Under the pieces are notes generated by a model that searched no databases, was not told where the DNA came from, and worked only from the letters and a program-made list of their open reading frames with translations. From a virus (lineage: Duplodnaviria > Caudoviricetes), in the IMG/VR virus record IMGVR_UViG_2687453119_000006, positions 50,544-114,543 of that record: DNA of 64,000 nt; one strand, written 5' to 3'. The position numbers were made by a program, and so were the translations under genes. Shown piece by piece: positions 58,350 to 64,000 of the stretch (positions are counted from its first letter, which is position 1; each line of letters begins with the position of its first letter).

Positions 58350-61186
58350 GCCACCTCCCACCGGATGGTGAAGAGTGGCGTCAGCGTGGGCTCGATTTTT
58401 AGACTTTCTTGGATCTTGTCGAGCATTGCCTCGACTTCGGCGCGAATTGCCGCCCGTCGATCAAAAAACTCCGCCTTCATCTTGTCACGGTTGGCCTCGA
58501 GTACGCCGATACGGCGCTTCTCTGCCAGTTTCTGCGCCATCGGCTGCTGCGAACCACGTAGCGCCTTTTTGGCCTCGCGAATTTCCGCCTCAAGAGCTTT
58601 CACCTCAGTCTCGAACGCACGTTCGAGGTCGTCAGCATAAGCGTCTAGCTTTTCATTCTCATCATCTAGCCAATCCGCGTTCTGCTGTTCGGCAGCCTCC
58701 AAGAGCGTGCGGCGTTTCGCCTCCTCAAGCTTCGCCAAAGACTCCGTTGGAATAGCCGCGGTACTTGGGCCATTTTCAGTGGCCGGAACGCGAAGCAGGC
58801 GTTCGGCGACCTCCGAGTGAATTTCTTCACCATCGTCGGCTTGTACAGAAAGAATGAGTTGCTCGCGGGTAACGGCGGGGGTGGCAATGCGGAGCTTTGT
58901 CGCCCGCAGCCAGCCGGCTTTGCCGCGCAAGGGCTCTACGTCGGCCAATCGGCCGCCGTCGTACGCGGCAAGATCAAAGCGCAAATGCGCAGGTGAGGAA
59001 TAGCTGCGCGCCTTGGCGGCACTCACGGTGTCCGTCGCGAGTGTGCCCTCGGTAAGCCGGAAGAATTTCCAGCCCCTCTCGTCGGCGAGAGGCCATTCAG
59101 TTGTGTAGGTATCGCCGCGCCAGTCAAACCGGCGCTCATCGTCCTTATGAAAAGAAACATCCGGCAATTCAGAACGGGCAACGAGGAGAAGTTGCCGATC
59201 GAAGTCCGACATGTGTTTGCGAATCTCGCCTTCGCGCGTCTTGAGTTGCGCAACAACGCGCTCGTCTACTGTTTCAAGCAGTCGCTTTCGGGCATCCAGA
59301 ACTTGCTCGCTGATTTGTGCTTGCAGGTCGTCCTGGAGCTGATCGAAAGCCGCATTGATTTCGGTCTCATTGCGAGCGGATTGCACGATTTCGAGAATGC
59401 GGCGCTCGATATCGACCCCGCGTTCGATGGCGCCAAGAACTTCGTCGCTAGCACCGAACACACCCTGAAAGAGATTGAACTTCTGACTTAGAAGTTCGTA
59501 GACGCGCTGTTCAGCTCGATTTTTTAAGTTCAGGAAGTTGACGACGGTCACGTCAATCTTTTGGCCATAGCGATGACACCGGCCAATTCGCTGCTCCACG
59601 CGCTGCGGATTCCATGGAAGGTCAAAATTAACGACGAGAGAACAGAATTGAAGGTTGATGCCCTCCGCGCCTGATTCAGTTGCGATCAAAATTGACTTTT
59701 TGTCCCGGAACGCTTCGACGACCGCAGCCTTCATGTCGGCGGTTCGCGAACCGGAAACCGCCTCGGTCCCCTTATGGCGCGCCAGCCAATCCTCATATAT
59801 TGCCTTACTGGAGGGGTCGTTATTCTGGCCGTTCAAAAGAACGATGTCATTCGCATAGCCTTGGGCGGATAAAAGGTCGGCAAGGTATTGCTGGGTCCGA
59901 ACGGACTCGGTGAAGATGACAGCCTTGCGCTCGCCGCCCTTTGCAGCGATCTCAGCGAGTGCCTGGGGTAACGCCTTGACGAGCTCAAAGCCCTTGGCGT
60001 TTTGTCCTATTTTCAGGGCAAGTTCCCGGTAACCCTCCAGCTCAGCAATTTCGTCAGCCAGCTTTTTCGGATCAATTGGCGCTTCCGGCTCTTCCGTCGC
60101 CTCCCCGCCATCAAGCTCTTCGGCCGCTTCGTCGATCACGTCATAATCCACCAGCGTTTCGATGGATGGACGTTCTTGCTTCTTCAATCTCTCGATAATC
60201 TTGGCAAGCGTTTCCGTGACGGCAAAAGTTGACGACCCAAGAATCTTGCGGACAACGAGGGTAACTAAGGCGTTCGGGTGCCCACCGAAGGCGATAGTGT
60301 CACGTCGTTGCAGGTAAGCGGAGACGGACGTGTAGAGATGCATTTCATCTTGGGACGGCTCAAATTGAAGCGTTAGCGGGCATCGCTCGGTGTAGCGAAT
60401 AAGACCCGCTTGCTGTACTTGCCGCCGCAATGTGCGTTTGCAGATTACTTCGAGCCGCTTACGCAAAAACAAGAGAGCGTTGCGCCCAGCACTGGCGCTG
60501 ACATAAGTTGTGCGAAATGAAGCTTCGTCGCCGAAAAAGTGCTCATCGATCACAGACACAAGACCGTAAAGCTCCATCAGAGAATTTTGGAGCGGTGTGG
60601 CGGTGAGAAGGACCTTGAAAAAAGGCCGCGTAGCCTCCCGCAATTTCTTGGCCCGGACCGAAGCGCCCTGCTTGTAAACATTCCGCAGACGGTGCGCTTC
60701 GTCGAAGATCACTAAGTCCCAACGGCCATGTTTTATGTCGTCGGCCTTGGTCGCCGCAAATTCGTAGGAGGTGATGACGACCTTGCCATCATGATCGAAT
60801 GGTCGGGCAACGCCGCGCTTCTTCGCGTCATTATAGACCTTGGCCTCAAGGAGCACTGACGGCAGTGAAAACTTGTCGGCAAGTTCCTGGCTCCACTGTT
60901 TGCGCAAAGAAGCGGGAACGATGAGCAAAATGCGGCGGCGACGCTCCGCCCACTTCTGCGCAATGACCAGTGCAGCCTCGATCGTCTTGCCAAGACCCAC
61001 TTCATCAGCAAGCAGGACACCCTTGTTAAGCGGTGACGATAGGGCAAAGAGCGCGGCATCGACCTGATGTGGGTTCATATCGACGCGCGCCGTCGAGAGC
61101 GATTGCGCGAACGCGTCTTCGCCCAGCCCTTCGAGGGTTATGCGGTGCGCAAAGAAGGTACCCTGGTACTGAGTATAATCCGACAT
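58346..61186 (-). CDS. SNF2-family helicase/ATPase
   Basis: LADEVGLGKT, DEAH, LTATPLQN, EGINLQ, QRIGRCHR. Confidence 0.92.
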   Translation of the reverse strand: MSDYTQYQGTFFAHRITLEGLGEDAFAQSLSTARVDMNPHQVDAALFALSSPLNKGVLLADEVGLGKTIEAALVIAQKWAERRRRILLIVPASLRKQWSQELADKFSLPSVLLEAKVYNDAKKRGVARPFDHDGKVVITSYEFAATKADDIKHGRWDLVIFDEAHRLRNVYKQGASVRAKKLREATRPFFKVLLTATPLQNSLMELYGLVSVIDEHFFGDEASFRTTYVSASAGRNALLFLRKRLEVICKRTLRRQVQQAGLIRYTERCPLTLQFEPSQDEMHLYTSVSAYLQRRDTIAFGGHPNALVTLVVRKILGSSTFAVTETLAKIIERLKKQERPSIETLVDYDVIDEAAEELDGGEATEEPEAPIDPKKLADEIAELEGYRELALKIGQNAKGFELVKALPQALAEIAAKGGERKAVIFTESVRTQQYLADLLSAQGYANDIVLLNGQNNDPSSKAIYEDWLARHKGTEAVSGSRTADMKAAVVEAFRDKKSILIATESGAEGINLQFCSLVVNFDLPWNPQRVEQRIGRCHRYGQKIDVTVVNFLNLKNRAEQRVYELLSQKFNLFQGVFGASDEVLGAIERGVDIERRILEIVQSARNETEINAAFDQLQDDLQAQISEQVLDARKRLLETVDERVVAQLKTREGEIRKHMSDFDRQLLLVARSELPDVSFHKDDERRFDWRGDTYTTEWPLADERGWKFFRLTEGTLATDTVSAAKARSYSSPAHLRFDLAAYDGGRLADVEPLRGKAGWLRATKLRIATPAVTREQLILSVQADDGEEIHSEVAERLLRVPATENGPSTAAIPTESLAKLEEAKRRTLLEAAEQQNADWLDDENEKLDAYADDLERAFETEVKALEAEIREAKKALRGSQQPMAQKLAEKRRIGVLEANRDKMKAEFFDRRAAIRAEVEAMLDKIQESLKIEPTLTPLFTIRWEVA

Positions 61187-61436
61187 ACTGCCTGTTGCGC
61201 TCTCGACTACCTCGGTTTGCCGCCGGACGAACACGAGGCGGTTGGGCGCGGTTCAGCAATAGCGCCAATCATGCGAACCTTCCATGCGGCGAGCTGCTGG
61301 ACAGCCTACCTGATTTAGGCGATTCGGGCCGATTCTGCCCGCAATAGTTGTCGGCCTACTTTGGTCGAATCCAATGGACTCGATTACAACATTGGCTTCT
61401 GGAGATAAATGCCTGGGTCTACGCTCCCCCAGGCTA

Positions 61437-61781
61437 TTATTTGCTAGCTAGGTTGGGTGCATATTTCGGCAGGCGCGAAAGGCCTGGACCGATGCCGTCA
61501 GCCGGGACGACCACTGCGCGGCCACGATCCAGGGCCTGCTGAACCACGAGCAGGTCGCGCTCCACCAGCATCCTGCAGGCATCAGTGTCATCGAAATACG
61601 CCTTGCTATCCATGCTGGGAGCCCATTTGGTGACGACGCCGATTGCATTTGGCTCCCCGCGCATCTCCTTCGCCTGGCCGGCGTAGCCACGGCGCTCGAC
61701 GTTGTCACCGAAGACATAGACCTTGTCAGGGTTGGCTCTCAGGTCTTCGCGGGTGATCCAATCTTGGTAAAAGAGGGGCAT
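61437..61781 (-). CDS. Conserved phage protein (VFGDN...G..GQA family), possibly C-terminally truncated
   Basis: YVFGDN..R.GYAGQA..MR.EPNAIG, DGIG.GL..LP motifs; abuts the defence island. Confidence 0.7.
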   Translation of the reverse strand: MPLFYQDWITREDLRANPDKVYVFGDNVERRGYAGQAKEMRGEPNAIGVVTKWAPSMDSKAYFDDTDACRMLVERDLLVVQQALDRGRAVVVPADGIGPGLSRLPKYAPNLASK

Positions 61782-61782
61782 T

Positions 61783-62043
61783 TTAGTATCCGAGGTAGTT
61801 CCAGGTGTTGGGCTCGCGATCGAGGATGTCGGCGAGCTGGTGGAAGCGGAGGGGTTGGTCGATGCCGCTGGCGTTGATCGCCTCGCGGAGCCGGTTGATT
61901 TCCTTCGGGCGAAGGAGCTGGTCGTCATCAGGTGCCTGGACCACAGGGTTCGCGTGGAGCACCGAGGGGAACTGGCGATCGCCCGCGTGATGCTCGCTCG
62001 AGTATTGGCCCTGCAGCCGGTGAAGCGAGATGTGGATTCCCAT
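61783..62043 (-). CDS. Phage hypothetical protein
   Basis: Tightly packed in a minus-strand operon. Confidence 0.65.
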   Translation of the reverse strand: MGIHISLHRLQGQYSSEHHAGDRQFPSVLHANPVVQAPDDDQLLRPKEINRLREAINASGIDQPLRFHQLADILDREPNTWNYLGY

Positions 62044-62309
62044 CAGCTCTCTCCGACGTACTGGAGGAGGGCCATCCCATCGTGCGTGCAGCAGTAGCCT
62101 GCGCCCCGCATCTCACCGTCTTCGCTCCACAGGCCTTTGCCGTATTGAGCGAAGCCTTTGCGCGCCAAGGCCCGAACGGATCGCCGCACATGCTGGAGAT
62201 CGAGTCCGGACCTCTGAGCGACTGCGCGGAACGACAGGTAATTCCCGTCGTCCGCGTAGACCTGGCCGAGCGCGCGGAGAGCCTTCAGCTCTCGTTCGCT
62301 GACCGGCAT
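62043..62309 (-). CDS. Winged-helix-like protein
   Basis: SFRAVAQRSGLD...VRRSVRALARKGF. Confidence 0.6.
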   Translation of the reverse strand: MPVSERELKALRALGQVYADDGNYLSFRAVAQRSGLDLQHVRRSVRALARKGFAQYGKGLWSEDGEMRGAGYCCTHDGMALLQYVGES

Positions 62310-62311
62310 CG

Positions 62312-62860
62312 TCACGTTGGCGAGACCCACGCCCGGATGCGGCTGCGGGGGTAGGGCATCTCGGTCACCCGGTGACCGCGCGAGTTGCCGCTGATGACGA
62401 TCGGGTCGCCGCTCTTGGTGAAGCCCGAGACGACACCGACGTGTCCGCCGCCGCGCCGGCCCATGGTCACGACAGCTCCGACCTGCGGGGCGATGCGCTG
62501 CTTGTTCTCCCAGGAAAGGGCGCGGTCATCGACGCCTGAGGCGCCCGTGATCTTGCGCATGAATGCCGAGCACCACAGGGTCGAGCGAACGCCAACCTCG
62601 TGCGCTGTGGCGCCGATGAACTGGCGGGCGCGATCGACGACGCCGACGCCTGCGTTGAAGCCGCTCTGGATGCCAGAGGAGAAGCTGTCAGCGAACGACG
62701 ACTCCTGCACATGTTGGCGAACGGCGACACGCTCCACAACGCGGTGATGCGCATGGCGGTGGTGGTGATGATGGTGGTGATGCCTCGGACGGGCCTCAGC
62801 GGCCGAAAAAGACAAAGCGAGGATCGCGGCGCCGACGAGCGCCGTGTTCAGGTTTCTCAT
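62312..62860 (-). CDS. Secreted CHAP/TIGR02594-like amidase with His-rich linker
   Basis: Signal peptide, WCSAF, GHVG, ISGN motifs. Confidence 0.75.
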   Translation of the reverse strand: MRNLNTALVGAAILALSFSAAEARPRHHHHHHHHRHAHHRVVERVAVRQHVQESSFADSFSSGIQSGFNAGVGVVDRARQFIGATAHEVGVRSTLWCSAFMRKITGASGVDDRALSWENKQRIAPQVGAVVTMGRRGGGHVGVVSGFTKSGDPIVISGNSRGHRVTEMPYPRSRIRAWVSPT

Positions 62861-62886
62861 TGTTGGATAGCTCCGTTAGGGGTAGA

Positions 62887-63177
62887 TCAGACCGCTGCGT
62901 TGCGGGCGGCGATCCGTTTGCGGTCGGCTTCGACCGCAGCGTAGGTGGGACAACGGGTCCACTCGTCCTCGTGGACGATTGCGAACGCCTGCTGCACCTG
63001 GCTGGTGAAGAAGCGAGCTGCCTCTTCGCCCATGTCTGCGAGAACTTGGTCTCCGCAGATCATTCGGAATTTGAGCTGGGGCTTCTTGCCCTCGTTCTCG
63101 ATTTTTGTGGCGCTGAACCCGATGGGGCCAGCCGACACGACGATGACGTTCGTGATCTTGCTGGTGACGTTGCTCAT
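62887..63177 (-). CDS. Phage hypothetical protein
   Basis: ATGA-coupled to the MT-A70 gene. Confidence 0.6.
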   Translation of the reverse strand: MSNVTSKITNVIVVSAGPIGFSATKIENEGKKPQLKFRMICGDQVLADMGEEAARFFTSQVQQAFAIVHEDEWTRCPTYAAVEADRKRIAARNAAV

Positions 63178-63767
63178 GCTGCGATCTCCATCTGCTGCTG
63201 GTTGAACTTCGTGGTTTCGTTCCCCCAGGCGTCCCAGCCTTCACGGACCTCGCGGCTGAAGATGTCGGCCTTCGGATAAGGCCCAGCCATCTTCGCGGCC
63301 TCGACGTAGCCCTGCTCAGGCTTGCGCGAGTGTTCGCGGCGCGGCTCAAGGATCGCGGAGCGGATGTTGCGGGAGTGGATGCGCGGCTTGCCGACCTTCC
63401 CGATCAGGAAGGGCTCATGGCAGTTGCGGAGCACGTAGCCGGTACCGAAGGTCGGTCGGCTGCCGTCCTTGACCATCTTCACCCAGACGCCCTGGGTGCA
63501 GTAGTCGACGCCCCATCTGCGGAAGCATTCGCGCGCAGCGTCGTACATCGGCGCCGTGGCGTAGAGCCAAACCCACATGCCGTCGCGGTGAGCCAGATCG
63601 GCGATCGGCATCGAGAAGATCTTCTCGATGTCCCAGCACTCGTAGTGCTGCTCGGCCGACTTGGCCTTGCCTTCCTCCGAATAGGTCTCGAAGCGCCACG
63701 GCGGATCGATCTTCGCGAGGCCGTAGTGGGCTCTGTGCAGAGGGTAGAGAGGGAAGTTATCGTTCAT
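63174..63767 (-). CDS. MT-A70 family adenine methyltransferase
   Basis: DPPW, HY, GTGY..RN.HE..L.G, REHSRKP, FSR....GWD.WGN. Confidence 0.92.
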   Translation of the reverse strand: MNDNFPLYPLHRAHYGLAKIDPPWRFETYSEEGKAKSAEQHYECWDIEKIFSMPIADLAHRDGMWVWLYATAPMYDAARECFRRWGVDYCTQGVWVKMVKDGSRPTFGTGYVLRNCHEPFLIGKVGKPRIHSRNIRSAILEPRREHSRKPEQGYVEAAKMAGPYPKADIFSREVREGWDAWGNETTKFNQQQMEIAA

Positions 63768-63775
63768 TTGCTCTC

Positions 63776-63791
63776 TTTGAATTCATGCAAA
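63776..63791. promoter_or_regulatory. Operator-like palindrome next to the MT-A70 RBS
   Basis: tttgaattcatgcaaa. Confidence 0.65.
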
Positions 63792-63826
63792 CGACGGGAC
63801 ACACGTCTCCCGACGATGCGGTTGGG

Positions 63827-64000
63827 TTAGCTGAAGAGCTTGGCGAACGACTTGTTGATCCGCTCAATGCGCTCAACGTTGCAGTCGTAGCACCACGCGC
63901 CCCAGTGGGTTTTGCGGCATTCACCTTTGCAGCCGAGGCAGCGGGTGAGCTTTCCGGTCTTGTAGTGCTCCGGATCGCGCCAGGGTTCCTCGACGCTCAT
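63827..64000 (-). CDS. Small Cys-rich zinc-finger-like protein (57 aa)
   Basis: Manual translation MSVEEPWRDPEHY...CLGC...WCYDC; ATG at the window edge. Confidence 0.55.
   Translation of the reverse strand: MSVEEPWRDPEHYKTGKLTRCLGCKGECRKTHWGAWCYDCNVERIERINKSFAKLFS

Larger units (their letters stand above)
1..64000. mobile_element. Large myovirus-type phage/prophage segment (Mu/P2-like tail); both ends lie outside the window
   Basis: Ordered terminase-portal-scaffold-capsid-neck-baseplate-sheath-tube-tape measure-lysis genes; phage-type small ORFs at both edges; no host housekeeping genes. Confidence 0.92.

Noticed and set aside
52961-61186. BREX or DISARM assignment for the defence island
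   Set aside because: No PglZ, BrxC, DrmA/DrmB or PLD gene; Mod and Res motifs fit a type III-like system

Overview
The whole window looks like part of a large contractile-tailed phage or prophage of a high-GC alphaproteobacterium, probably Bradyrhizobium-like (judged from gene content only). No integrase, att site or host housekeeping gene is visible. Layout: accessory small-gene region with an ATP-dependent ligase, IS and PilZ remnants and a candidate origin/operator region (1-13 kb); a stand-alone collagen-like fibre module, thioredoxin, terminase, portal, scaffold and capsid with three tRNA genes (13-25 kb); a Mu/P2-like neck, baseplate and tail operon (25-47.5 kb); lysis genes, a frameshifted T5-A1-like phosphoesterase and a dNMP kinase (47.5-52.7 kb); an inserted SNF2 + Abi + type III restriction-modification island (53-61 kb); and opposite-strand phage genes including an MT-A70 methyltransferase. 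The most striking feature is a RiPP-like modification cassette inside the tail operon. Directly after an S74-chaperone tail fibre lies a 77-aa putative fibre-tip protein ending in NCACACACACGK, followed by cupin-like, GNAT-like, radical SAM/SPASM and Asp/Asn-hydroxylase-like genes. This suggests an enzymatically modified receptor-binding tip (inference). A 16-bp palindrome (TTTGCA-N4-TGCAAA) recurs in intergenic regions throughout. Family assignments come from motifs and synteny read by eye; no searches were run.
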